From Gemmatimonadales bacterium (lineage in GTDB: Bacteria > Gemmatimonadota > Gemmatimonadetes > Gemmatimonadales > GWC2-71-9), in assembly GCA_035559715.1 (NCBI GenBank), contig DATMAW010000161.1, forward strand, positions 2,271-66,270: a DNA stretch of 64,000 nucleotides. Reading direction: 5' to 3'. The translations under genes and the position numbers were made by a program. Below the pieces are notes generated by a model. That model searched no databases. It was given only the letters and a program-made list of their open reading frames with translations, and was not told the DNA's origin. How positions within the stretch are numbered: position 1 is the stretch's first letter; every line of letters starts with the position of its first letter. Below are positions 27,788-37,892 of this stretch, piece after piece.

Positions 27788-30484
27788 CTACAGTCCCAGC
27801 CAGTAGTTCAGCTTGATGAGGACGATGTTCTCCGCGGGCTCGCGCAATAACGCTCGGGCGTCATCCCCGAACACGATGCTGCCGCGCGCGAGTTCCGACG
27901 CGCTGCTCCGGGTCCAGACGACATACAGCGTGGATCCCGGCAGATACTCCCACCGCAACACGGCGTTGCCCCTGAGCGACCGAAGGGTGAAGCTGGGATC
28001 CTCCACGGTGAAGCTCGCGGCCGGACCGGACCCATCCGGGTCAATCGCGTACGTGTCTCGCGCTCCCGACGTAACCTGCACCGTCCCCACATCTTCGCCA
28101 TATACGACCCGCCGTTCGGACCGCGGGGCCGCGTACTCTTTGTACCGCGAGTACGCTCCGCTCGCGACCAATGGCTGAACGAACAACTCGAAGGTGAGGT
28201 CCGGCGAGAACGTGACGTTGAGTCGCGTGTTCATCGAGATCGAGTTCTGCTCCAGATCCGCGAACACGTAACGCCGGCTGTAGAACACGGTCGCCGTAGG
28301 ATCGGACACAGTGGCCACGTACTGGGCCCGGGACTCGTCGTGGCCCACCGATGGCCCAAGCGATACGGCGACGTTCGATACCGGTCGGACTTCGAGGTCA
28401 ACCTCGACGCTGCGATCGCAATCGCCGTCTGCCGTGCACCCGACGTTCCCGAATGCGCTCACCACAAGCGGCTTGCGGCGGTCTGTCGAGATGTTGGCGG
28501 ACCAGAAGTCGGAGCTTGCCCTTCGAAGCGCGGGACCACCGCGACTCAGCCGATCGTCGAGGACGCTGGGCCGGTGAATCCAGAACGCGCTGATATCCCA
28601 GTAGTTCAGCGGCTGGAGATACGCAAACAGGTGAGTCTGGCGATCCGTGAGATCGCCGTCGAAGTTGTATTGCTGCTGCACCCCGCCAAGGACGAACAGG
28701 TTGCGGTACCAGCCGGTGGGCTTGGTCCACTGCTTCATGACGTTGCCGCTCATCCACCAGTAGTCGGCGCGGGACAAGAACGCGATGTCGTTGTTCTCGA
28801 ACCCGGGCGTGCGGACGTTCGTGGACACTTCCCACAACACGCTGCCCTGCTCGCGCGCGAACCGCGCATAGGCACCGAAGCCGCGAAGCGCCGTGAGCGA
28901 TGAATCGTAGGCGTCGCTCAGGAGCCCGTTCGAGCCGTTGCCGCGGTCAGGCCGCTGGAAGTAGCGAGCACTCGAGCGCTGGAGGCGCAGGATGGCCGCC
29001 GGCTCGCCGGACGCCTGCGTGGCCGCCATTTGCACCATGAGCCGGTAGTTGCGGCTCGCGAACCACATGTCGCTGCTGAGCCCGAACGACTCGGCCCGCC
29101 GGGTCAGGTGGTCCCGGAAGTACGGATCATCGAGGTCGCGCGCCACCGACGTGCCCATGGCCCGGATTACCGTGGCTCCGCCGCGCAGGTCTTTCGCGAC
29201 CCGGCCCACGAAATAGTTCGTGAATGGCTCCACCGTCACGCGGCCGAGCGATCCATCGGCCTGCAGGATGGTTGCGCGCTCGCGCCGTGTCACGGCGTCC
29301 ATGAGGCCGATGGACCAGCCCGTGCGCGTGCGCCCGGTGAGCTTCGCGGCCCCGAGAATCGTCGTGTTGTCCGGCACGTCGGCGTACTGCCCCGACGCGA
29401 ACGCGTTGCCCGATCCCTGCGGGGCGCGGCCGATGCGCCGGCTGTAGAACAACCCGAGACTCGAGACGTTGGAGCAAAAGAAGCAGCTCAACCCGCCGAA
29501 CCCGAAGTATCCCGCCCCTTCAACGAAGAACGGCCGTCGCTCCTGAAAGAAGGTTTCGAACGCCGACAGGTTGACCACGGCCGGATCCACCTCGACCTGT
29601 CCGAAATCCGGATTGATCGTCGCGTTGACGGTGAGGTTGGAGGTGAGCAGCACGCGAGCGTCGAGTCCGGCCCGGCCGTCGAGCGCATGGGGCTCTTCGA
29701 AAGGGTTCGCGGGATCATCCACCGGCGCACTGGCGGAGCGGCCGACGACGTACGGGAGCAGTTCCGCCCGACCGGGCGCCCGGGGGATCACGAGCCCGGC
29801 GAGATGGCCAAACCGCGACGGGCCGCCGCTCTCCGTTCGGCCCCACCACGACCACATGGACAGCTCGTTGCGGAGATTCGCCTGTCGCCAGACCTGGAGG
29901 CCCCACGTTTGCGGCTCCGTGGTCCTTGCGTAGCGAAGCTGGGAAAACGGAATGCGCAGTTCCGCGGTCCACCCCAACGAGTCAATGGCCGTCGCCACGT
30001 CCCAGACGGGGTCCCACGACTGGTCTTCCCCACCGCCCAGTCCGTTGGCGTCCCCACGAACGCCGGACGGATTGACGCGGAAGAACAACCGTCCCACGTG
30101 GTCGTGATACGTGTCGAAGATCAGCTCGAGATAATCGGAATCCAGGTTGCCATCGCGCCGCACGAGCCGGGTGCGGACACCTGCCGCCCCGCCCTCGGCG
30201 AACATGCGGGCACCCACGTACAACGCCGCCGCATCGTAGGCGAATCGCACCTCCGTCCGCTGCGTCGCCGGCTCCCCTTCATTCGGCTGCGACTGCCGGA
30301 AGTCCGTTGCCGCCGGGGCCATGCGCCACACCTCCTCATCCAGAATGCCGTCCAGACGAATGGCGCCGCGCAACGCCTGGGCACCGATCTCGGGTGGCGT
30401 GGTCGGATGGATGTTCTGCGCAACGGCCGGCCGGGAAAGACCAGCCGCCGCCAGCGTCGCCATAGCGAGACGTAGCCGTACCAT
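27788..30484 (-). CDS. DUF5916 / carbohydrate-binding-family-9-like outer membrane protein
   Basis: Signal peptide, then N-terminal IRLDGILDEEVWRMAPAATDFRQSQPNEGEPATQRTEVRFAYDAAALYVGARMF (CBM9-like). This is followed by a long beta-rich region ending ...LIKLNYWLGL. Confidence 0.8.
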   Translation of the reverse strand: MVRLRLAMATLAAAGLSRPAVAQNIHPTTPPEIGAQALRGAIRLDGILDEEVWRMAPAATDFRQSQPNEGEPATQRTEVRFAYDAAALYVGARMFAEGGAAGVRTRLVRRDGNLDSDYLELIFDTYHDHVGRLFFRVNPSGVRGDANGLGGGEDQSWDPVWDVATAIDSLGWTAELRIPFSQLRYARTTEPQTWGLQVWRQANLRNELSMWSWWGRTESGGPSRFGHLAGLVIPRAPGRAELLPYVVGRSASAPVDDPANPFEEPHALDGRAGLDARVLLTSNLTVNATINPDFGQVEVDPAVVNLSAFETFFQERRPFFVEGAGYFGFGGLSCFFCSNVSSLGLFYSRRIGRAPQGSGNAFASGQYADVPDNTTILGAAKLTGRTRTGWSIGLMDAVTRRERATILQADGSLGRVTVEPFTNYFVGRVAKDLRGGATVIRAMGTSVARDLDDPYFRDHLTRRAESFGLSSDMWFASRNYRLMVQMAATQASGEPAAILRLQRSSARYFQRPDRGNGSNGLLSDAYDSSLTALRGFGAYARFAREQGSVLWEVSTNVRTPGFENNDIAFLSRADYWWMSGNVMKQWTKPTGWYRNLFVLGGVQQQYNFDGDLTDRQTHLFAYLQPLNYWDISAFWIHRPSVLDDRLSRGGPALRRASSDFWSANISTDRRKPLVVSAFGNVGCTADGDCDRSVEVDLEVRPVSNVAVSLGPSVGHDESRAQYVATVSDPTATVFYSRRYVFADLEQNSISMNTRLNVTFSPDLTFELFVQPLVASGAYSRYKEYAAPRSERRVVYGEDVGTVQVTSGARDTYAIDPDGSGPAASFTVEDPSFTLRSLRGNAVLRWEYLPGSTLYVVWTRSSASELARGSIVFGDDARALLREPAENIVLIKLNYWLGL

Positions 30485-30701
30485 TGGGAGGGTCCGTCCG
30501 TGTCACATCGTTCGACGCCCGAACCGGCGAATTGGTTGCGGCGTTCCCAAGTGTTACGGTCGGCGTCGCTCGACGGCCGTCTGGGTCGCCCTATCGCCAC
30601 CCGGGACTTCGCGGCAGTTTTTGGCGCGGCCGCGCTCGCCATCCACGGCGCCCCTGAAGTGGCGCCGGATCAGCGGCCGGACCCGGAACCGGAGATCAGC
30701 C

Positions 30702-30914
30702 ATGGCGGAAAGCGTCTACAAGGTGATCGAGTTGATCGGCACGAGTACCCAGTCGTGGGAGAAGGCCGCCGCGGCGGCCGTTGCCCGTGCCGCGAAAACG
30801 CTGCGGGACCTGCGCGTTGCGGAGGTGGTGCAACTCGACATGGTGCTCGACGACGGGAAGATCGAGACCTACCGCGCCAAGATCCGAGTGTCATTCAAGT
30901 ATGAAGGGGAGTGA
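30702..30914 (+). CDS. dodecin-family small flavin-binding-type protein
   Basis: RBS GGAGatcagccATG. MAESVYKVIELIGTSTQSWEKAAAAAVARAAKTLRDLRVAEVVQLDMVLDDGKIETYRAKIRVSFKYE matches the dodecin pattern (VYK..E..G.S..S...A...A...A.KT.R......V). It lies inside track ORF 30321..30914. Confidence 0.75.
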   Translation: MAESVYKVIELIGTSTQSWEKAAAAAVARAAKTLRDLRVAEVVQLDMVLDDGKIETYRAKIRVSFKYEGE

Positions 30915-32154
30915 CTTGCACCGCTTCGTGACGGCGATCGCGGCTGCCGCCATCGTCCTGACGCCGCGGGGAAGCGAGGCACAGGCGCCGGTCGTCCTTC
31001 ACGCCGGCAGGTTGATTGACGGCCGGGGCGGCACGCAGCGGAACGTCGCGGTCGTCGTCCAGGGCTCCCAGATCCAACGCATCGAACCGTGGTCAGGACA
31101 GACCGCGACGTACGACCTTTCGGGCTTGACGGTGCTGCCGGGGCTGATTGACACGCACGTCCACATCACGTCGCATTTCGGCAAGGACGGGCGTGCGAGC
31201 AACGAAGGCGAGACACCGGCCGAGCAGGCGCTCTACGCCGCGGCGAACGCCTACGTCACGCTGATGGCCGGGTACACCACGGTGCAGTCCATTGGAGCCC
31301 CGCTCGACGTTCCCCTGCGAGACGCCATCGCCCGCGGCGTGCTCCCGGGCCCGCGGCTCCTAACGTCCATCTCCTCGCTCACCGACACCGCCATGCCGCC
31401 GGCGCAGATCCGTCGGTGGGTTGGCGAGATGGCGGCGCGAGGCGCCGACTTGATCAAGATCTTCGCCTCCAAGAGCATCCGCGAAGGCGGGGCGCAGACG
31501 CTGAGCGACGCGCAGATCGCGGCCGCCTGCGAGGCCGCGCGCGCCGCCGGCAAGCGCATCTGGGTGCACGCGCACGCGGCTTCCGCGGTGCGAGCCGCGG
31601 CACTGGCCGGCTGCACGGCCGTGACGCATGGAAGCCAGGTGACGGATGAGGAACTGCGTCTCATGGCTCAACACGGAACGTACTTCGAGCCCAACATCGG
31701 CCTGGTGTCCCAGAACTACATCGAGAACAAGCCCCGCTATCTGGGCATTGGCAACTACGACGAGGCCGGCTTTGCCTACATGGAGCGCGGCATCCCAATG
31801 AAACTCGCCATGTTCAAGGCCGCGCTGAAGCAGCCGCAACTGCGTCTCATCATGGGCACCGATGCCACGGCCGGCGCCCATGGCCAGAATGCGCGCGAGA
31901 CCATGTACCGGGTGCAGGTGGCGGGACAGCCGGCGATGGACGCGCTCATCGGGACGACGTCACTCGCCGCCGCGGCGCTCGGCATGGCGGACCGGATCGG
32001 TGCCATCGCCTCGGGGATGGACGCCGACATCATCGCCGTAAACGGTGACCCGCTGAGCGACATCACCGCGCTCCAGCGGGTGGTGTTCGTGATGAAGGCC
32101 GGCAAGGTGTACAAGAACGACCCGGCCGCTGCCGCCTCGGAGGCCCGGCGCTGA
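30901..32154 (+). CDS. exported amidohydrolase (imidazolonepropionase-related metal-dependent hydrolase)
   Basis: Signal peptide, LPGLIDTHVHI (HxH), WVHAHA and ADIIAVNGDPL. The start (ATG 30901 or TTG 30916) overlaps the dodecin 3' end. Confidence 0.85.
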   Translation: MKGSDLHRFVTAIAAAAIVLTPRGSEAQAPVVLHAGRLIDGRGGTQRNVAVVVQGSQIQRIEPWSGQTATYDLSGLTVLPGLIDTHVHITSHFGKDGRASNEGETPAEQALYAAANAYVTLMAGYTTVQSIGAPLDVPLRDAIARGVLPGPRLLTSISSLTDTAMPPAQIRRWVGEMAARGADLIKIFASKSIREGGAQTLSDAQIAAACEAARAAGKRIWVHAHAASAVRAAALAGCTAVTHGSQVTDEELRLMAQHGTYFEPNIGLVSQNYIENKPRYLGIGNYDEAGFAYMERGIPMKLAMFKAALKQPQLRLIMGTDATAGAHGQNARETMYRVQVAGQPAMDALIGTTSLAAAALGMADRIGAIASGMDADIIAVNGDPLSDITALQRVVFVMKAGKVYKNDPAAAASEARR

Positions 32155-32213
32155 CTCGCGGCGCCACGCGGGAGGTCGTCGGAACCGCCACCCGGCGCAT
32201 CGGGTGGCGGTCC

Positions 32214-33815
32214 GTGCTGCTACGGGCCACCGTACTGTTCGCGCCCCTCTGCACCGAATGCGTGCTGCTCCCCGCGCAAGCGCTGGCACAGGCTGCCGGA
32301 GCGCCGGCCCCGGCTCCAGCTACCAGTCCGTCTGGTTTCACCATTGAGGAAGCCACGATCGCGGAGATCCAGGCCGCCTTCAGGTCTGGCGGCCTCACCT
32401 GTCGGGGTCTGGTCGAGCAGTACCTCCGCCGCATCGAGGCGTACGACAAGAACGGTCCGGCTCTGAACGCGATCGTCGTCGTGAACCCCGGCGCTCTGCA
32501 AACGGCAGACTCGCTGGATGGAGTCTTCCGCCGCAACGGTCCGATCGGGGCGCTTCACTGCGTTCCCATCATCGTCAAGGACAACTTCGAGACGGTGGAC
32601 CTGCCCACCACCGCGGGCTCCCTGTCGCTCGAGGGGTTCGTGTCCGGCCGCGATGCCTTTCAAGTCCGCCGCGTGCGCGAAGCAGGGGCGATTGTACTCG
32701 CGAAGTCCAACATGGCAGAATTCGCGTTCAGTCCGTACGAGACCGTGAACTCCATCCTGCCGGGCTACACCAAGAACCCCTACGCGCTTGATCGCGTGAC
32801 GGCAGGTTCGAGCGGCGGCACGGCGGCGGCGGTGGCCGCCAACTGCGGCGCGGTGGGACTCGGCACGGACACGGGCAACTCCATCCGCGGCCCGTCGTCC
32901 CATCAGGCGCTCGTGGGGATCCGCTCGACCATGGGGCTCACCAGTCGCTCCGGAGTCGTGCCGCTCAACCTTGCGGCGGACATTGCCGGACCCATGGCGC
33001 GGACGGTGGCCGACGCGGTGGCGGTATTTCAGGTGATCGCAGGGTACGACCCCGACGATCCCGTGACCGAGGCCAGTCGCGGGCGAGAGATTCCGAACTA
33101 CGCGGCGTCGCTCGTGAAGGACGGGCTGCGGGGGGCGCGGATTGGCGTCTTGCGCCAGGCGTACGAGCGACCCACCGCCGATGCCGAGGTGCTGCGGGTG
33201 TTTACCCGCGCGCTCGAGGACATGCGGGAGGCCGGCGCCACCATCGTGGACACCGTGTTGATCCCCGAGCTGGACTCGCTGCGACAGGCACAGACCGGCT
33301 CGTGCAGCCGATTCAAGTACGACTTCGAGCGCTGGATGGCGAGCACCGGGGGCCGCACACCCGTGAAAGACCTGGCGGAAATCATCCGGAGCGGGCGGTT
33401 CCATCCGTCCATCCGCCAGCGATTGGAGCAAGCGGAGGCCGCCGCGCTGCCGCCGGATCGCAGTCCCGGGTGCGAAAGCAATCAGCGGTTCCGCGAGGGG
33501 CTACGAGCCGCCGTGTTGCGGGTCCTGGATCGCCACCGCCTCGACGCGCTAGTGTACCCCACCTGGAGCAATCCCCCGCGCCTGATTGGCGACCTGAACA
33601 CGCCCCATGGCGACAACAGCCAGCTGTTCTCCCCGGCCACGGGCTGGCCCGCCATTCAAGTGCCCATGGGATACACGCGGGGCGGGACGCTGCCGGCCGG
33701 CATCACGTTCTTCGGACGCGCCTGGAGCGAACCCCTGCTGATTCGATTAGCGTTCGGCTACGAACAGACCACGCGCCATCGGCGCCCGCCACCAACGACC
33801 CCTCCCCTTCGATGA
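32214..33815 (+). CDS. exported amidase (amidase-signature family)
   Basis: AS signature GSSGGTAAAVAANCGAVGLGTDTGNSIRGPSS, with an upstream KDN.. Lys (IIVKDNF). Confidence 0.9.
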   Translation: MLLRATVLFAPLCTECVLLPAQALAQAAGAPAPAPATSPSGFTIEEATIAEIQAAFRSGGLTCRGLVEQYLRRIEAYDKNGPALNAIVVVNPGALQTADSLDGVFRRNGPIGALHCVPIIVKDNFETVDLPTTAGSLSLEGFVSGRDAFQVRRVREAGAIVLAKSNMAEFAFSPYETVNSILPGYTKNPYALDRVTAGSSGGTAAAVAANCGAVGLGTDTGNSIRGPSSHQALVGIRSTMGLTSRSGVVPLNLAADIAGPMARTVADAVAVFQVIAGYDPDDPVTEASRGREIPNYAASLVKDGLRGARIGVLRQAYERPTADAEVLRVFTRALEDMREAGATIVDTVLIPELDSLRQAQTGSCSRFKYDFERWMASTGGRTPVKDLAEIIRSGRFHPSIRQRLEQAEAAALPPDRSPGCESNQRFREGLRAAVLRVLDRHRLDALVYPTWSNPPRLIGDLNTPHGDNSQLFSPATGWPAIQVPMGYTRGGTLPAGITFFGRAWSEPLLIRLAFGYEQTTRHRRPPPTTPPLR

Positions 33816-35506
33816 CCGAGCCTGCCGCGAAGCGAATCTCCACGAGTGTCTGGGAAGGTGCGGTGTCGAGCGCCCTCTCCCGAGCTCGGCTGACAGGCAT
33901 CAAGAACCAGCTCGTGGCCTTCACGATCACCGCCACGCTGCTCCCCGGGCTCGCCACGGCGTGGATTTCGTACACACAAAACCGGCGCTCCCTGATCGAG
34001 AAGATCTCCCAGGAATTGGTGAGCGCGGCGTCGCAGGCCGCCCGAGAGGTCGATCTATGGACGAAGGGACGGCTATACGAGCTGCGCGTGTTCGGGAGCT
34101 CGTACGAGGTGTCGGAGAACCTGGACCGAATGCAGCGCGGTCAGGGGAGTCAGGCACGCGTTCGCCTGCGCGACTATCTGGAGTCCGTGAACGAACGGGT
34201 GGAGGATTACGACGAGCTGCTCGTGGTGGATCCCTCGGGCAGGGCCGTGGCCTCGAGCGAGTCGCAACCGGGAGCAATCCGGCTGCCCGAGAACTGGCAG
34301 CGCCGCCTGCGAACCGACGAGGTGGTGGTCGGTGACCCTTACCGCGACCACGACGGAGTGACTCGCCTTGCGATCGCGGTCCCGGTCATCGCCCCGAGCG
34401 GCCGGTTCTTTGGAGGAATCGTCGCCCGCACCAATCTCAAGTCCATGAGTCAGGGACTCGCCGGCCTGAAGCCCGGAGGCTCCGGCCACATCTCGATCGT
34501 GGATCGGTCGGGCGTCGTGATCGCCGCCAACGTCGAGGCGGACTCCATGCTCCCGGCCGCTGCCGCCGGCCGACTGCGCGCTGCGGGCGACACGGCGGTC
34601 GAGTATCGCGACGCGCGGGGCGTGCCGGTCTTGGGAAGTCTCGTCGAGGTCCCGCAGGTCGGCTGGTCTGTCGTCGCGGCCATCCCCCGGGCTGTGGCGT
34701 ACGCGCAGGTGACCCGCCTCCGTAACGTCACGCTCTTGCTTCTCGCGGCACTGCTCGTGCTCGTGGGGGCCCTCGCCTATGGCCTTGGCGCGCTGATGGT
34801 TCGCCCGCTGAATCGCCTGACTCGGGGGGCAGCGCAGGTAGCCGGTGGCGATCTCGCCGTGGACCTGCCGGTGACCGCGAGCGGCGAGATCGGATACCTG
34901 ACGCGCGTGTTCAACGACATGGTCGTGAGGCTGCGCGAGTCGCGACGCGAGCTGGAGCGACTGAGTGTGACCGACATACTGACGGGGCTGTCCAATCGCC
35001 GCCATCTGCTCACGGCCCTGGACCAGGAGATCCGCCGGAGCGCCCGTCATGAGCGCCCGTGCACGGTGCTGATGATCGACGTGGATCACTTCAAGCGGTA
35101 CAACGACACCTACGGACACCTGGCCGGGGATGAAGTCTTAGCACGCGTGGGCAAACTGCTGAAGGAAGCCGTGCGCGTGCTGGACGTGCCGGCGCGCTAC
35201 GGTGGAGAGGAGTTCGCCGTGGTGCTATCGGAAACCGACCTGGAAGGCGGCGCCGAAGTGGCCGAGCGCATCCGCACGCGCGTGGCGCAGGAACAGTTCA
35301 CGGTGGAGGGAGGATCTGCGAGCGTGACCCTGAGTATCGGCGTCGCGTCATTCCCGGACCAGGGCGAGACCGCCCAGGCGCTGCTGTCCGCCGCCGACGC
35401 GGCGCTCTACCAGGCGAAGAAGAAAGGTCGTAACTGCGTTGTGACCGCGAGCCCGCCCACCGAGCAGAAACCCCGCCGGTCGAGGGGGACTATTTCACGC
35501 TCGTAA
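33812..35506 (+). CDS. diguanylate cyclase with periplasmic Cache-like sensor and HAMP domain
   Basis: The start ATG overlaps the amidase stop (ATGA at 33812). Layout is TM, ~270-aa periplasmic domain, TM, HAMP (PLNRLTRGAAQVAGGDL), then GGDEF (RYGGEEFAVVL, with an RxxD-like site upstream). Confidence 0.85.
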   Translation: MTEPAAKRISTSVWEGAVSSALSRARLTGIKNQLVAFTITATLLPGLATAWISYTQNRRSLIEKISQELVSAASQAAREVDLWTKGRLYELRVFGSSYEVSENLDRMQRGQGSQARVRLRDYLESVNERVEDYDELLVVDPSGRAVASSESQPGAIRLPENWQRRLRTDEVVVGDPYRDHDGVTRLAIAVPVIAPSGRFFGGIVARTNLKSMSQGLAGLKPGGSGHISIVDRSGVVIAANVEADSMLPAAAAGRLRAAGDTAVEYRDARGVPVLGSLVEVPQVGWSVVAAIPRAVAYAQVTRLRNVTLLLLAALLVLVGALAYGLGALMVRPLNRLTRGAAQVAGGDLAVDLPVTASGEIGYLTRVFNDMVVRLRESRRELERLSVTDILTGLSNRRHLLTALDQEIRRSARHERPCTVLMIDVDHFKRYNDTYGHLAGDEVLARVGKLLKEAVRVLDVPARYGGEEFAVVLSETDLEGGAEVAERIRTRVAQEQFTVEGGSASVTLSIGVASFPDQGETAQALLSAADAALYQAKKKGRNCVVTASPPTEQKPRRSRGTISRS

Positions 35507-36236
35507 TCAGGTTGTGGAAGATCCAGCCGCGCCGTCCCTGGTCATCACTGACGCGGACCCACTGACCCGAGTACGAGTGCGCGAGGACCACCGCTCCGCG
35601 CTCCAGCGTGAACGCCACGCCGAATCGCGTTCCCGGCCCGTTCCGCACGTTGCCCCGCCCGGTGAGCCTGAGGCGCAATGGCACACTGAAACGAACTTCC
35701 CCCGGCAGGAGTGAATCCCCCGCCGACTCGGCCAGACGCCCGCGGGCCGTGGACGCGGCCGTCTTGGCCTGATTCGCGAGGTACACTGACCCACCGAAGT
35801 TCTGCCGGTTGAATTCCCCGCTGCTCATCTCGAGCAAGCGTTTGGCCTGCGCGTATTCCGCGGCCGTCCGGCCGCCGGGCCTGGTCTCGAGCTGCTGGAC
35901 GGCCACCTCGGCCTCCGCCATAGCCGACGCCGCTTCGGCTCGCGTCGCGAGCGTTTGCAGCCGCGCCATGGAGCGGACGACCTCCCGGATCGCGGCATCC
36001 ACTTGCTCGCGCAGATCGGCGATTTCGGCGTCCTTGCCGAGCAACTGGAGTTGGAGCATCGCGACCCGTTGTTCGAGATCTCGATCCGCAGCCGCGGCCA
36101 CGTGCACCGTGTCCACGATCCGAACGGTGTCTGGTGGTGGGGCCGGCGCCATGGCGACCGGCGCGGGCTTGGCAGCGCAGGCGGCAAGCAAGGCGGCCGC
36201 CATCAGTGGGGCGAAAAGACGTGCGGAGGGAAGCAT
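35490..36236 (-). CDS. lipoprotein with coiled-coil region and C-terminal SH3b domain
   Basis: Lipobox AALLAAC, a coiled-coil middle, and C-terminal VRNGPGTRFGVAFTLERGAVVLAHSYSGQWVRVSDDQGRRGWIF (bacterial SH3 pattern). Confidence 0.7.
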   Translation of the reverse strand: MLPSARLFAPLMAAALLAACAAKPAPVAMAPAPPPDTVRIVDTVHVAAAADRDLEQRVAMLQLQLLGKDAEIADLREQVDAAIREVVRSMARLQTLATRAEAASAMAEAEVAVQQLETRPGGRTAAEYAQAKRLLEMSSGEFNRQNFGGSVYLANQAKTAASTARGRLAESAGDSLLPGEVRFSVPLRLRLTGRGNVRNGPGTRFGVAFTLERGAVVLAHSYSGQWVRVSDDQGRRGWIFHNLITSVK

Positions 36237-36285
36237 CGAGCGAATCGCATTGAACGTGGGATCGCGCGAAGCTACGGTTGGGCCC

Positions 36286-36411
36286 CTACTCCCGCAACGC
36301 CCGGACCACGGGCATCGCGGCCCGGCGAGCCGGGAGGAATCCCCCGAGGAGACCCATCACGACGCCGAAGATCACGCCCGACAACAACAGTCCCGGCGTG
36401 ACCCGAAACCC
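36286..36411 (-). pseudogene. remnant of the C-terminal end of an FtsX/MacB-type ABC permease
   Basis: A minus-strand frame not in the track reads ...SGFRVTPGLLLSGVIFGVVMGLLGGFLPARRAAMPVVRALRE*. This is the last TM plus the P-A-R-R-A-A...ALR.E tail typical of FtsX-family permeases. Nothing FtsX-like lies upstream; the frame opens only at 36537 and the next gene is on the other strand. Confidence 0.35.
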
Positions 36412-36635
36412 CGACGTCGCCGCGCAACGCCCGCCGCACGGCAGGAGGCGCGTCGCGGTCAATCCGGCGCTTCGACAGGTCGTGCTCGAACGACGCCATC
36501 CGAGCCGGGGCGAGATCGTGTAGGGGCGCTGGAAACATCACGCTCCCGCCCCCGCTTGACCGTGGCGTCCCGGCGCGGTCTATTGGTCACCGTTCGCACC
36601 CACTCCACCGAACTCCACCGCTCCAGCACTATCAC

Positions 36636-37892
36636 GTGACCGCCCGCGTCCTCGTCGCGCTGCTCATGGGACTGGCGCTCGGCATCGGCGGGGCCGCGCT
36701 GGGCGGCCGGTCGCTGGCAATCGCCTTGGCCTTCGAACCGCTCGGCACGCTGTGGACCAACGCCATTCGCATGACCGTGATTCCGCTCGTCGTGGCGCTG
36801 GTCATCACCGGTGTCGCCGAGCACTCCGACCTGCGGCGCATCGGCCGGATGGGCGGCCTCGCCGCCCCCGTGTTCGTGGGGCTGTTGCTCGCGGGCGGCC
36901 TGTTCACCCTGGCCGTGGCCCCGCTGTCGCTCGACCTGCTGAACGTGACGCCGGCTGCTGCGGAGAGTCTCCGTGCCGGCGCGGCTGCGACGACAGCTCC
37001 GACACCAATGCCCTCGCTGACCCAGCGCCTGGTCGAGACCATTCCGGCTAATCCCATCAAAGCGGCCGCGGATGGCAGCATGCTCCCGGTCGTGGTATTC
37101 GCGCTCGTGTTCGCATTGGCCCTCACGCGCCTGGGTCCGGCGAGGCGGGAACCTGTGGTCCGCCTGTTTCAGTCGGTGAGCGAGACCATGCTCACGATCG
37201 TACGGTGGGTCCTGGCCGTGGCGCCCGTCGGCATCTTCGCCCTGGCCCTGGCACTCGGCGCCCGGATGGGCGCGGCGGCGGCTGGCGCGCTGGTTCACTA
37301 CATCCTGACGCTGTCCGCCGTGATGCTGGTGTACACGCTGCTCTTGTATCTCATCGCGGGGCTATTCGGGGCCGTGCCGATCCGCCAGTTCGCCTCTGCC
37401 GTCGCCCCGGCACAGGCAGTGGCTTTCAGCTCAAGGTCCTCGCTCGCCGCGCTCCCCGCGTTGATCGCCGGCGCGCGAGACCGACTCAGCGCCCCCCCGG
37501 CCGTCACGGGCTTCGCGCTCCCGCTGGGGGTGTCCGTGTTCCGAGTGAACGTGCCACTCGCGTGGGTCGTGGGCGTCTTGTTCCTCGGCAAGCTCTACGG
37601 CGTGAGCGTTGGGCTGGGTGCAATGTTTGGTCTCGTCGTCACCTCCACGTTGATCAGTTTCAGCGTGCCCGGGATCCCCAGCGCGAGCCTGTTCCTGCTG
37701 GCGCCGGTGCTGGTCGAGCTGGGCCTGCCCGCCGAAGGCGCCGGGATCCTCATCGCGGTTGACGCGATCCCGGACATGTTCAAGACCACCGCGAATGTCA
37801 CGGCGCACATGACGGCGGCCGTGATCCTCGCCCGTTCCGAGCGACGTCCACTCTCTCAAGGCACTGTTACGACTCATGAAGCGAGTACCTGA
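36636..37892 (+). CDS. dicarboxylate/amino acid:cation symporter (DAACS, GltP/DctA family)
   Basis: Typical DAACS features: IRMTVIPLVVALVITGV, SSRSSLAALP, FSVPGIPSASL, AVDAIPDMFKTTANVT. Confidence 0.9.
   Translation: MTARVLVALLMGLALGIGGAALGGRSLAIALAFEPLGTLWTNAIRMTVIPLVVALVITGVAEHSDLRRIGRMGGLAAPVFVGLLLAGGLFTLAVAPLSLDLLNVTPAAAESLRAGAAATTAPTPMPSLTQRLVETIPANPIKAAADGSMLPVVVFALVFALALTRLGPARREPVVRLFQSVSETMLTIVRWVLAVAPVGIFALALALGARMGAAAAGALVHYILTLSAVMLVYTLLLYLIAGLFGAVPIRQFASAVAPAQAVAFSSRSSLAALPALIAGARDRLSAPPAVTGFALPLGVSVFRVNVPLAWVVGVLFLGKLYGVSVGLGAMFGLVVTSTLISFSVPGIPSASLFLLAPVLVELGLPAEGAGILIAVDAIPDMFKTTANVTAHMTAAVILARSERRPLSQGTVTTHEAST

Noticed and set aside
36272-36541. Track ORF 36272..36541(-), 89 aa, as a possible small gene.
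   Set aside because: Its translation is Arg/Gly/Pro-rich junk. The meaningful signal in this gap is in a different minus-strand frame (the FtsX-tail remnant).
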